In this document: positions 31,571 to 42,500 of the stretch, piece by piece
Numbering within the stretch: the stretch's first letter is position 1
Layout: each line of letters begins with the position of its first letter
DNA from: Ignavibacteriota bacterium
GTDB lineage: Bacteria; Bacteroidota; Ignavibacteria; UBA10030
Direction: 5' to 3'
NCBI GenBank assembly: GCA_963701295.1
Contig: OY969585.1
Location: 2,528,001 to 2,592,000, forward strand
DNA length: 64,000 nucleotides
The notes under the pieces: model-generated
The model's database searches: none
Seen by the model: the letters and a program-made list of their open reading frames with translations, nothing else
Told to the model about the DNA's origin: nothing
Translations under genes and position numbers: made by a program

Positions 31571-34093
31571 TCAAAATTTCACCTTTTTGTAAAAAATCGT
31601 CTTTGCCACTTCCGCTGTGATGATGTAAAACAATACAACGATCCCGATGAGCAAAAGGAACGAAAATGGCAGCGGGCTGAATCCAAAAATCTCGGCAAAT
31701 GGCGTAAAGGGCACAATCATCGTTATAACAACAATCGACAGAGTTGCAATGAAGAGATATTTCCCCGGCCGACTTTTGAAGGAAGGTTTCCGGCTTCGAA
31801 TAACGAGCACAATCAATGACGCTGAGACAACGGATTCCAGAAACCAGCCGGTTCTGAATTGAACCTGAGTAGCATGAAGGACAAGCAACAGACCGGCAAA
31901 TGTGAGATAATCAAACATCGAACTCACAATACCGAATGTAATCATGAATTTGCGGATTGCCTTAATGTCCCATCGCCGCGGATAGTCAATCATTTCTTTA
32001 TCCACACTATCGGTTGCAATAGTCATTTCTGGGAAATCCGTCATGAGATTCGTAAGCAGAATCTGCTTGGGAAGTAATGGGAGAAACGGTAGAATGAGGG
32101 ATACTCCAGCCATGCTGAACATGTTTCCAAAATTGGCGCTGGTTGCCATGAACACATACTTGAGTGTGTTGGCAAACGTTGCCCTCCCTTCGCGTACGCC
32201 TTGTACCAAAACGCCTAGGTCCTTTTCGAGTAAGACGATATCCGCTGCATCTTTGGCAACATCCGCGGCGCCATCGACAGAAATCCCGACATCGGCAGCA
32301 TGAAGTGCCGAGGCATCGTTGATGCCGTCGCCCATATACCCGACGACATTTCCAGCTTTTCGAAGAGCGAGGATGATGCGCTCTTTTTGATTGGGCTCGA
32401 TTTCTGCGAATACATCCACATTCGTCACACGGTTGAGCAATGCGCCATCGCTCAATTGACGAAGGTCTGATCCTGTGAGAATTTTTGTATCTGTCAATCC
32501 CATCTGTTGACTGACATTTGCCGCGACGAGGTGATTGTCACCCGTGATGACCTTGAGCGCAACGCCGAGGTTCTTGAGGCTGATAATCGTCTCAATAATA
32601 TTGGGCTTGGGCGGATCGAAGAAAACAAGGAATCCTGAAAATGTCATGCCCGCTTCATGGTCTTTGCTGATGCGTGACTCTAATCCCATGTTCTTGTAAG
32701 CAACACCCAGCGTACGAAAACCCTTACGACTGAATTCTTCGAAGTGCTGCTCAATTCGGTCGCGCGCGGTATTCAGATCAACAATGGTTCCATCTCCAGT
32801 TTCCACTGATGTGCAAACGGCAAGCACATTCTGTAGCGCGCCTTTGGTCACCATCAGGTGCTCATCATTATGTGAAACCAGAATACTCAATCGCTTGCGA
32901 AGAAAATCATACGGAATTTCATCCTGCTTCTTGTAATCGGACAGATCAAACTGGCGATAAGTGCGGACGGCTTCATCGATCGGGTTTGTAAATCCTGTTT
33001 CATAAAAAGCATTGAGATACGCATGAAGAAGGACTTTCTCGCTTGGAGCACCTTCCACATTACAAGCAGATTGTACGTGTACGATTCCTTCGGTCAGGGT
33101 ACCGGTTTTATCGGAGCAGAGCACATTCATACTGCCGAAGTTTTCGATCGAAGCAAGCCGCTTGACGATGACTTTCTTTTCCGCCATCCGTTTGGCACCA
33201 TGGGAAAGGTTGATACTGATAATCGCCGGCAGCAGCTGCGGTGTAAGTCCGACAGCGAGTGCGAGCGAGAAGAGAAATGAGTCCAGAACTGGGCGCGCTA
33301 AATAGACGTTGATAGCAAAGATGGCAACCACCAACACCAGCGTGACTTCCATGAGAAAATAGCCGAATCGCCGGATGCCATGTTCAAAATCCGTTTCCTG
33401 CGGCCTGAGTTTTAGCCGCTCGGACACTTTGCCGAACTCGGTTTCCTTGCCCGTGCGGACGATCAGTGCCGTTGCGCTGCCACTCACTACATGGGTTCCC
33501 ATCCAGAGTGCATTTGTCCGCTGACCCAGCGGCGTCTCTGCCGGCAAGAGTGCTGCGGCTTTTTCCACAGGAAAAGTTTCACCCGTGAGCATGGCTTCAT
33601 CTACGAAAAGGTCTTTAGATTCTTGAACCAACCCATCACCGGGAACAATATCGCCGGCGTTCAGGACGATAATATCTCCTGGTACAATCTCTTCAACAGG
33701 AATTTCTTTGGAGCTTCCATCACGCAGCACCGCCGCTTTAATCTGCACGATGGAAAGCAGTTTTTCGATGGCGTTCGAAGCACCGCGCTCTTGCCAAAAA
33801 CCGAGCAAGCCGCTGACGAGGACGATGGAAAGAATAATTAAGGCATCGACCGAATCATGGAGAAAAAATGATAACCCTGTTGCAAAAAAAAGGATAAGGA
33901 TGATAGGGCTTTTAAATTGAGCGATTAGGAGTGTCAATACATCCGACCGCTTTGGGGGCTTGAGGAGATTGGCGCCAAAGCGTTCAAGCCGCTGTCTAGC
34001 GTCAACGCCTGTCAATCCGTCCTTTGTCGCTTCAAGGACCTGGAGCATTTCAGTTACGGAAACGCTCCAAAAAGCTGGGGGGAGTTGGTTCAA
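31571..34093 (-). CDS. mgtA: Magnesium-translocating P-type ATPase
   Basis: LTGE, LAVGLTPQLLP, CSDKTGTLT, TGDN, GDGINDA, SANFGNMFS. Confidence 0.93.
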   Translation of the reverse strand: MNQLPPAFWSVSVTEMLQVLEATKDGLTGVDARQRLERFGANLLKPPKRSDVLTLLIAQFKSPIILILFFATGLSFFLHDSVDALIILSIVLVSGLLGFWQERGASNAIEKLLSIVQIKAAVLRDGSSKEIPVEEIVPGDIIVLNAGDIVPGDGLVQESKDLFVDEAMLTGETFPVEKAAALLPAETPLGQRTNALWMGTHVVSGSATALIVRTGKETEFGKVSERLKLRPQETDFEHGIRRFGYFLMEVTLVLVVAIFAINVYLARPVLDSFLFSLALAVGLTPQLLPAIISINLSHGAKRMAEKKVIVKRLASIENFGSMNVLCSDKTGTLTEGIVHVQSACNVEGAPSEKVLLHAYLNAFYETGFTNPIDEAVRTYRQFDLSDYKKQDEIPYDFLRKRLSILVSHNDEHLMVTKGALQNVLAVCTSVETGDGTIVDLNTARDRIEQHFEEFSRKGFRTLGVAYKNMGLESRISKDHEAGMTFSGFLVFFDPPKPNIIETIISLKNLGVALKVITGDNHLVAANVSQQMGLTDTKILTGSDLRQLSDGALLNRVTNVDVFAEIEPNQKERIILALRKAGNVVGYMGDGINDASALHAADVGISVDGAADVAKDAADIVLLEKDLGVLVQGVREGRATFANTLKYVFMATSANFGNMFSMAGVSLILPFLPLLPKQILLTNLMTDFPEMTIATDSVDKEMIDYPRRWDIKAIRKFMITFGIVSSMFDYLTFAGLLLVLHATQVQFRTGWFLESVVSASLIVLVIRSRKPSFKSRPGKYLFIATLSIVVITMIVPFTPFAEIFGFSPLPFSFLLLIGIVVLFYIITAEVAKTIFYKKVKF

Positions 34094-34285
34094 TCTAATA
34101 TTCCTCTTTTAATATGGCTAATTCAAGATTCATTTTTCACGGGTTCGATGCGCTTTGTTTTTTCTATTATACACTACTTTATCAGCTATTTATATTCCCA
34201 GCCATTCTAATGCCTCGTTGAGAGTCGGAGTCATCGCCATTTATTGTTCCGCCTACCTTATCTTCACACTAAAATATTTCTAATT

Positions 34286-35488
34286 TTATGGGATTGTTAC
34301 CAGAACATCATCAAAAATTCCCGGCTGAGCTTGTGAAGGAATGGTAGAACCTATATAAGCGTATATAGCAATTCGTCCGAATGTTATCGGCGACGCATCG
34401 GTGTAATCAATGAGTGCACTTGATGAGTTGTCGAAGTACACTTTGGTATTACTTCCGTTGACAATAACTTTTAAGCTGTAAAAGGTGTTGACGCTATAGG
34501 ATGCAGTTTTTAAAGAAAGAGTTGGAAGCCAGGCACCCGAAATAAATTTGTTAAGCGATAATGTTGAACCGTTGGACAAATCAACCGAATAACAACCATT
34601 TGAATTAATATGGAATCTTAAGGCAACAAGTGTATTCATAGTAGTTACTTTAAATTTTGCAGAGAATGTATAATTCGTCCAATTGGTGTCTCCGTTTGCT
34701 AGATTCATATTTGCTTTTATTCTTGCTGCTTTAGCGCCGCCCCCATCGTCAAAAATATCGCAGAAATCAACTAAATTTTGTCCATTTCCGTTCATATCAA
34801 CCCAACCGTTATCTATAAGTCCGGCTGCTCGTTGGAAATCATCGAAGAATACTACCATTGTCCCTGCCGGGAAAGAATATGCATTGCTGCCGCTCACGTT
34901 GTTCACATACACCTTCAGCCATCCATCTCCCAAACTAGATTCGTTGACCCAATTTGTACCGTTGTATTTTCCAATACAGATAGTTGTGTCTACAGCTTTC
35001 ACGCACCATTCAAATCCAGAATTCATAGCTTCCATAACGTTCGACTGACCTAACACGATGGCATATGTATGTCTAGCAGTCAATCCGTGATAAGTCAATG
35101 GTGCACTTAATACTGTAAAACTTTCTGCCAGCGAACTGATGTCGATTGAGGAGACAGCGAGTAAATTTGTAGGTTGGTTGTTTGCGGTTTCATATAATTC
35201 TACGGTAACGTTGCTGTAAACGGCTGTGCTGTCCCATTTCCTAATTTTTACATCGATACCAGTAATGTTCAAGTGAGCTGCATCTGTAATAAAGGTCTGA
35301 TACCGCTTAAGCTGGTCAGCACCCTTTAGTCCGAACGTCAATCCTAAGGTGCCGGTGTGGGAAATATCAATGACGCTGCTGGATACAGTCGCAGTACTAT
35401 TGGGCCCTGTAACAGTATCACTTTTTTTAGTACAGTTAAACATCATGAATGCTGTAAGCACTAAAAACGGAAAAACGTTCTTTCGCAT
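34286..35488 (-). CDS. Putative lipoprotein with C-terminal DUF1080/LamG-like beta-sandwich
   Basis: MRKNVFPFLVLTAFMMFN-C lipobox-like signal; WTNYTFSAKFK, FGRIAIY and FDDVLV motifs. Confidence 0.7.
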   Translation of the reverse strand: MRKNVFPFLVLTAFMMFNCTKKSDTVTGPNSTATVSSSVIDISHTGTLGLTFGLKGADQLKRYQTFITDAAHLNITGIDVKIRKWDSTAVYSNVTVELYETANNQPTNLLAVSSIDISSLAESFTVLSAPLTYHGLTARHTYAIVLGQSNVMEAMNSGFEWCVKAVDTTICIGKYNGTNWVNESSLGDGWLKVYVNNVSGSNAYSFPAGTMVVFFDDFQRAAGLIDNGWVDMNGNGQNLVDFCDIFDDGGGAKAARIKANMNLANGDTNWTNYTFSAKFKVTTMNTLVALRFHINSNGCYSVDLSNGSTLSLNKFISGAWLPTLSLKTASYSVNTFYSLKVIVNGSNTKVYFDNSSSALIDYTDASPITFGRIAIYAYIGSTIPSQAQPGIFDDVLVTIP

Positions 35489-35615
35489 TTTATTTCTCCT
35501 CATATTAAATAGAATTTTCATCCCGACTTTGTCGAATTTCGAAATGACAAACAGGGTAGAGAAGGAGGATTCGATGATCCTAGTTAACATTTTTGTGCAT
35601 TGTCGTGTGCGTGTG

Positions 35616-36257
35616 TCAATCTTTTTTATATGATACTGGATTATTTAACATCAGATGTTGTGAATCTTTGAGTTGAAGTATTTCTCTCAGTTTTTGTTGA
35701 TCCATAAAAGCCCGGGGTCTTGTGGCAAGTCCGACAGAGGCACAAAAGAGCGAGATATTTTGCGACACGATTCCGGCATCAACTGCTGCCCACACTAATT
35801 TTACAGAGTCTTTCCCAAAAGTAAATCTGGAAATATCAGATACTAATAAACAAATGAGCGGGGCTTTTGCAACATTCACTTGTTTGTCGGCAATGACATT
35901 CCGGTAGTCATTATTGACGATAAGTTCAAGTAAATGTTTTTTTGCATTGTAAAGATAAATGCCGGACTTCATAAATACATAAACATCAATATCCTGGGCG
36001 TTTATTGCTGATGGGGCAGTGCGTTTCCCCGATTCAGGCCGGTTCACTCCGTTTGAAGCCCACAATAAATCCGATAAATCCTGAAGTTTTATTTCTGTAG
36101 TATCAAATTCCGTCGCTGATGCTCTTAAAGAGAAAGCCTTCATAACGGGCAATCCTCTGGTTGTATCGGGCGGGTTTAATACTATTGTCTTTGTACCTTG
36201 ACCAAACAAAGAACTTGCAAAAATAGTAAACGAAATGAGAATATTAATCTTTTTCAT
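35616..36257 (-). CDS. Nitroreductase/SagB-family protein with signal peptide
   Basis: LSDLLWASNGVNRP, KRTAPSAINAQDI, DAGIVSQNISL; ATG at 36257. Confidence 0.88.
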   Translation of the reverse strand: MKKINILISFTIFASSLFGQGTKTIVLNPPDTTRGLPVMKAFSLRASATEFDTTEIKLQDLSDLLWASNGVNRPESGKRTAPSAINAQDIDVYVFMKSGIYLYNAKKHLLELIVNNDYRNVIADKQVNVAKAPLICLLVSDISRFTFGKDSVKLVWAAVDAGIVSQNISLFCASVGLATRPRAFMDQQKLREILQLKDSQHLMLNNPVSYKKD

Positions 36258-36363
36258 TGTTATCCTTTTAATGTAATCATTAAAATTATTGTTAAGTGTA
36301 CATTGCATAAAACGATTAAGTCGAACCGATTGTACGGCTCGAACCATCGACTGTCGTTGAAGG

Positions 36364-37488
36364 TTAAGTTGTCGATATGACCTCAAGAGTTGATGAATGT
36401 GGGATACAGCGAAATCGCATTTTATGCGGTGTGTTTGCAGAATCCTGATATGCGATAATAAATTCGATGCTGTCGATGGGAGTGTCAATTGTACTGAATC
36501 GAATCCACCCTGATTCTCCCCGGCGAAGATATTTCGATTGATTTATTTGCGCTGTTACACCCTGGGGAACTTTCAAATTCAGAGAGTTCATCGAAGCGCC
36601 GGCGTTGGCGATATAGAGTGTAATGAGTGTTCCGCTTCCGACGCATCGTTTCAATTGAATCTCCGGGACTGTTGGAACCGGTTGGGGAGGAAGGGCGGGA
36701 GAATCAGAATATATCGGTGAGGCAGAAAACGGATCGCCCGTTTCTATAAGCTGCGGCGCGATATATCCTTCAGGCACAATCTGCTGTTCTAAAGCCAGTG
36801 AGCGGGCAAGTTCGTCTTCTTCTGTCCTTCCTGCAAGCATATCGAACAATGTAAGATGGTACGTTTCGATTAAATTAAATTTCACAGCACAAAGCGCAAT
36901 GATCATGCCGCCTGCAAATCCGCCGAGATGTGCCCAGTGCGCTACACCATCCCCAGAGCCCATACTGCCGATAATATCGAATATGAGCCAATACAGCACC
37001 ATCCAATATGCCTTCGTTGCAAATCTTCCAGTTTTGAACAACCAGATGAAAGGAATTGCAAGAAAGTACCAACTATGTATTTTATTACGCGGAAAAAGAA
37101 CGAAAGACATACCGACAATACCGTTAATTGCTCCGCTTGCCCCGATTGCCGGATGTCCATCCATAACAAGATGGGCGACTGCTGCGATAATACCAAGGCA
37201 AAGAAAGAGAAAACCATATGCTCCATTCCCAACTGTTGCGCAGATTGCATTCCCGAAAATCCAGAGGAATAACATATTCCCGAACAAATGCAAAAAACTT
37301 CCATGCAAAAACATATGTCCCAGCAAGCCGGATATATCCCAATCGCGTAGGACGAATGCTTGCTTATCCGCCATGGGAAAGAGTTGTTCGGGAAGAAAGA
37401 AAATAATAGAAATGATAACGATAAGAGCAGCATTGACGTACGGAATGCGGGTAAATATCGTTTCTAATTTATAGGGAATAAGTATCAT
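36364..37488 (-). CDS. Rhomboid intramembrane serine protease with C-terminal soluble domain
   Basis: HMFLHGSFLHLFGNM, GASGA, VAHWAHLGG. Confidence 0.9.
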   Translation of the reverse strand: MILIPYKLETIFTRIPYVNAALIVIISIIFFLPEQLFPMADKQAFVLRDWDISGLLGHMFLHGSFLHLFGNMLFLWIFGNAICATVGNGAYGFLFLCLGIIAAVAHLVMDGHPAIGASGAINGIVGMSFVLFPRNKIHSWYFLAIPFIWLFKTGRFATKAYWMVLYWLIFDIIGSMGSGDGVAHWAHLGGFAGGMIIALCAVKFNLIETYHLTLFDMLAGRTEEDELARSLALEQQIVPEGYIAPQLIETGDPFSASPIYSDSPALPPQPVPTVPEIQLKRCVGSGTLITLYIANAGASMNSLNLKVPQGVTAQINQSKYLRRGESGWIRFSTIDTPIDSIEFIIAYQDSANTPHKMRFRCIPHSSTLEVISTT

Positions 37489-37828
37489 TTCAGTATTCCA
37501 TATTTAGTAGTGAGTATGATGACAGCGGTTAAGCAGTGAATGTTTTGCATAAAAATGACATTGGTTAGTATGTTATGGTAATTAATTTTCTGCGCGGAAC
37601 AATAGAACTGTCCTTTGCTGTCATGCCTTTAAATTCCAATCCACCCCTTGTTCTCTGTACTGTTGTCATTGGAATTCAGTAAAACTTAAAAGCTTTTGTG
37701 AGTCTCAAGTGTATAGCAATAAGGCAGACTCGCCTAAGTTTTACGAGTGTTGGCGAGCAGGTGAGAATCACTATTGAGATAGTAGAAAGTTTTTTACTCA
37801 ATCGCAATAATGAACATCCAGCAAGGGC

Positions 37829-37906
37829 GTAAGAGGGGCGAAGTCACTTCGCCCGAAGAATCAATGAGGAGAGGCGGAATTGGGGTTCAATATATTGAAC
37901 CCGTAC
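37829..37906. repeat. Two REP-like palindromes
   Basis: GGGCGAAG-TCA-CTTCGCCC (37836-37854) and perfect GGGTTCAATATATTGAACCC (37883-37902) followed by GTAC. Confidence 0.7.
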
Positions 37907-37922
37907 AATTTTGGAACGTGTG

Positions 37923-38816
37923 TTACAATGTTGCCTCTTTCAGGCGGCGAGAGATATCCTTGAGCGATGTCCAGCTTTCCATCAACTCGGGAAGATATTC
38001 TGAAGATGTGATAAATGTCCAGATATATGCTACAATCGAATAGATACTCCCGGTTGTAAAATCGTCAAGGTCAATTGATATGTAAAGAACAACGAGGAAG
38101 ATGCCTAGGAGTATTACCCGCATTACTCCAAAATTGAACGCTCCCCAATTTGCAATTTTCTGTTTCAAGTATGACGATTTCTTATAATATGCACGAACCT
38201 CTTCCGGTTTCTGTGTAGAAAAGATATCATACGTGTTTTCATAGGTATCGTGTACATCTTTTTGAATTGCACCGACTCTTTTAATATAGATTCGATTAAT
38301 GAACAGAAGCGGGAAAATGATGGTGAGACACGTGAGAGAAAGGCGCCAGTCAAACATGGCGAGTGCTATCACTGTTCCGCCAATTTGAATTGTTTGTTCG
38401 ATGATCTCAGGAATGCGATATTGAAAAAATGTAATATATTGTTCAGACAACTGCGCAAGTGCTGCAGTTTTTGAGGGACGGAATTTCTTTTCCACTGCGA
38501 CCGAAGAGATATCGGTTGCCAGTTGAGTGAACATCGTCAGATAAATTCTCTGGTCTACAACTCGGCGAATAACACCGGTTCCGGAATTGACCATGAACAC
38601 ACCGACCCAGAGAAAGAGCGGCAGCAAGGTTTCTTGAAGATTGACCGTTTGCCCGGAAGCGCGTTCGATTAATGCATCGATCACTTTGCCAAACACGGCT
38701 GGCTCTATAATCCATGCAACATGTTCAATAATTACAAGGGCAATCGCGACGGATATCCCTTTTCTGAATCGTACCAGGAGTGCAGAGAGCTGTAATGTGT
38801 TCGTTGATTTCATCAC
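37923..38816 (-). CDS. ABC transporter six-TM-domain protein without ATPase domain
   Basis: FGKVIDALI, several TM segments, SIVAYIWTF; no Walker A motif. Confidence 0.75.
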   Translation of the reverse strand: MMKSTNTLQLSALLVRFRKGISVAIALVIIEHVAWIIEPAVFGKVIDALIERASGQTVNLQETLLPLFLWVGVFMVNSGTGVIRRVVDQRIYLTMFTQLATDISSVAVEKKFRPSKTAALAQLSEQYITFFQYRIPEIIEQTIQIGGTVIALAMFDWRLSLTCLTIIFPLLFINRIYIKRVGAIQKDVHDTYENTYDIFSTQKPEEVRAYYKKSSYLKQKIANWGAFNFGVMRVILLGIFLVVLYISIDLDDFTTGSIYSIVAYIWTFITSSEYLPELMESWTSLKDISRRLKEATL

Positions 38817-38919
38817 TTACTCTGCCAATTCTTGCAGTTCCATTCTATTATTCATCTTTTGTAAATTACATTATTTGCGTTGTTCTTCTTCGAGCGCCTT
38901 GTTTGTAAAATTCATCCGC

Positions 38920-39300
38920 CTATTTATCCACGCTCCATTTAACTCCGCCCCGGCAGGCAATAAAGAGGAAAACAAAGCAGTAGAGAACAGCCAGCTCGCC
39001 CTGGTTCAGCGCCGGGAGCAAGAGAGATCCAAGCTGGAACTTCCAATGAAACTGGAAATAGGCCACAGCCATCATACCGCTGCAGAGGAATGCCGCCAAA
39101 CGTGTCCGAAACCCCAGCATCACGGCTAGTCCGCCGATGAGTTCTATAATTCCGCCAATCCAAAGTTGAGACCCGATCGGCGGATGGAACTGGGAAAACA
39201 CACCGAGGATTTTTTGGGTGCCGTGGAAGGAAAACATGAAACCTGCTGCAATACGCAGCAAGGCGTAGGTGTAGTCTGCATACTTTTCAGACTGTTTCAT
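38920..39300 (-). CDS. DoxX family membrane protein
   Basis: LLRIAAGFMFSFHGTQK, ELIGGLAVMLGFRTRLAA, NQGELA. Confidence 0.9.
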   Translation of the reverse strand: MKQSEKYADYTYALLRIAAGFMFSFHGTQKILGVFSQFHPPIGSQLWIGGIIELIGGLAVMLGFRTRLAAFLCSGMMAVAYFQFHWKFQLGSLLLPALNQGELAVLYCFVFLFIACRGGVKWSVDK

Positions 39301-39502
39301 ATATGTCTCCGTTGTTCGTTATGAGTTTTTCACTGATAGGGAATGCAATAAAACATTCCTGAACCTCAATGTCGTTGTTTCTGAAAGTTTCAGAAAATGA
39401 AATCGGCTGTATTGTTTTAGCCGTTTTTATTAGGTGCCTGGAATGACGAACGAAATGCACTGTGAATTGAGCACAGCTCTCCGAAACCAACGCCCGGTTT
39501 TT

Positions 39503-42500
39503 TCACTTCCTGCTTTTTTTCTTCGGTTCTTTTGGCGTAAGTTTCAGCGTTCGAATCTCAAACGGCTTAAACTTGATCGGTAATTTGGATTTCGTAACCT
39601 TATGCGGCTTCTCATCTATTTCAAGGAGATTACATTCAACGATGTTTGCCGTATCAATACCGAAGTGAAGCAATGTGTCTGTGGCCATTCCATGAGCTTC
39701 ATGCATCCGTATGATGACAGCATCGCTTTCTTCTGCTTTCTTGACCGAATCGACGATAATGCTGGGCTTCGAGGATTCCATAAGCGATGGAATTCCTTCC
39801 ACGAGAATATTGGGGAACACCAGCACTGGATTATTCAGTTCACGTGCGTTCTGCACCGTACGTCCTTTCATCCAATCGCCGTTGTGCGGATAGAGCGCAT
39901 AGCAGAACGTATGTTCGCCTTGGTCGATCAAGCTCTCATCAGATCGTGATGGGTCGATCGGGTGCGGATAGTGCGGTGAGCGGAGCAGTGTAAGCCGTAG
40001 AGTGCTTCCTTTTGCATCGTATCCGTATTTGCAGTCGTTCAAAAGACTGACGCCATACTTTGCATCCGACATATCTGCCCACTGCTGAGCGGGTACTTCA
40101 AATTTCGCTTTATCTTCTTCCGTACGAGGCTTCGATGATCGTTGAATTGCGCCGAATTGAATTTCGTACATTGCGCTGGATGTTTTCATGTTGAAAGGGA
40201 AAGCGACTTTCATCAATGTCTGCTTTTCATGCCACCGGATATGGGTCTGGAAATCAATGCGCGGTGTTTGATGGTAAAAGTGTACATCCTGCGAAAGAGC
40301 AGATCCGTTTTCTGTTTTCAATTCAATTCGAATCGTTGCCCGCAATGGACCGTGTTCTATTATTTTTATCTGTTTTACTGTCCACGGCTCGGTTTTATGT
40401 TTTTCAAATTCAGCGTCGATATTCCAAGCTTCCCAGAGTTTTGGCATGTCGCGGAAGGTGACGAAGGAATTGGCGCGTTTTCCCTTTTCGAGAAGCTCGC
40501 GACGGAGATGTTTTGCGTAGAGCGAACTGAATGATCCCTTGTTGTCGAGGCGAACTCTGAAATAGGGAGTTTCGATTCCATGAGTTGATGCTTTCCATGG
40601 TTCAGATGCATTTGAAGCAGTCTGCCGAGTATGAACAAAAATCTGCTTGAATCCGAAGGATGGAATGTCTGTTACGAAACAAAGAAACTTTTGTCCTTCC
40701 TTGGTTCGCTCCACTACTTGATGTTCGATCGGCTGAGCATGAATATCTTCAACCGAAAAATGCTTTTCACGAGATTTCACAAAGAGTTCAACATATGCAC
40801 TTCGTTGCCAATTCAGTGAATTGAAGACTGTAAAAGAGAAATCTATTTTGCTCTTCTTTGCCGGTTGAGAGATTCCTTGAATACATTGTGCAATGACGGC
40901 AGAGCATGTTGTCCGGATGGCTTGATAGTCTTGTTGAGCGTCTTTGTACGCGTCTGCGATAGCAGTGCCGGGAAGGAGATCATGAAATTGGTTCAGAAGA
41001 AGCTTCTTCCAAGCTTGTTCAAGTTCTGTACGCGGATAACGCCGTGCAGCGGCATTCTTTCCATACAACAGTGCAAACGTGGAGAGAAGTTCGGATGTAT
41101 ATAACAATGTTTCACACTCCCGGTTTTCTTTCTTGATCCAAGCCTGAGTCGTGTAGGTGCCCCTGTGTGTTTCAAGGTAAAGTTCATTATTCCATGTAGG
41201 ATATTCCGCGGACGGTTCTTCCAATTGCTTGAAGAACTCTTGAACCGTGGAAAGCTGAGAAGCAGGCAGTCCAACAATGTTTTTTAAAACAACTGCAAAT
41301 TCCAGATTCTCTTTTGTTGGCCCGCCGCCGCCATCACCGTACCCAAACGTTTGAAGGATCGGAGATACAGGCGGCTCTCCCTGTGCTGGGGCTCCGCTTT
41401 TCTGAAGAAACTTGGGCGTGATCTGTGCTTCAAGTCCGAGAGGAGAGAAGTGTGCGAGAACTTTTGATTTATCGATTCCTTGCCACCAGAACGATGTAAA
41501 CGGAAATTCCGTTGTATCGTTCCATGAAAGTTTTGACGTATAAAAATTTGTGATCCCGGCCTTTAGAAGAATCTGCGGTAATGCCCCATTGAATCCGAAG
41601 GAATCAGGAAGCCAGAGAGTATTTGAGTCGACGCCGAATTCTTCTTTGAGGAATCGTTTTCCGAATAAAACTTGGCGAACGAGTGATTCACCGTTTGGAA
41701 TGTTGCAGTCGGCTTCCGTCCACATTGTGCCGAGTGGTTCCCATCTGCCTTCAGTAATTCGTTGTTTGATCTGCTTATAAAGATCAGGATAGTGTGTTTT
41801 TGTGAATTCGTACAGCACCGGCTGACTTTGAGAATATTTCAGCTCAGGAAATTCTTCCATCAATCGTAATACTGTTGAAAATGTACGGCCGCATTTTCTC
41901 ACCGTTTCTTGAAGTGACCACATCCACGCGGTATCGATATGCGAATGTCCGATGAGATGAATAAGGCCTGGAAGATTTGTCCTGTGTTCCGTTTCGAGCG
42001 TGTTCAGAAGAAAATTATAGGCGCGCCGGATGGCGTTAGGATATTCTTCGCTTCCGGGTCTAAAATATTTCAGGAAAATAAGTGTCCGGCGAATCAGATC
42101 TCGAATTTCTTTCGAGTCATCTGAACCATGATCTACCTGTTTTTCAAGGTCATGGAGAACACTCAACGCGCTGTCTAATCGGCGTGCTGTTGTATCCAGA
42201 ACTGCGAGTTCCGCGATACCGAAGATGTTATGTTCGTGCTTCCTTCCGCTATAAGCTTGAACGGCAATAACGAATCGTTCGTTGAGTTTTGATTTTTCGC
42301 AGATCAGTATTTCGTTGTGATACTGGTTGATGCCATGGAACGGTTTTCCATTGAGGTAGAGGAGTGCTTCAGGAAAATCAAGGAGCAGGACGAGAGGTTT
42401 TCCCGCAAACTTCTCTGTTATGGTGATGGTCTGACGGAACCAATAGGTTCGATCATATTTTCCCCAGTGGAAAGGAATGCGGATCGATGTCCACGATTTA

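Noticed and set aside
34170-34245. Fluoride riboswitch or Mg-sensing leader upstream of mgtA (GGCGATGA...GCTGAT on the minus strand)
   Set aside because: The pseudoknot and P1 pairings do not form by inspection and no M-box features are visible. An Infernal scan would settle it.
36258-36488. Long N-terminal extensions called by the ORF track (also 22054, 29034, 35590, 52286, 62122)
   Set aside because: They overlap neighbours or precede clear signal peptides or conserved starts; downstream ATGs were used instead.
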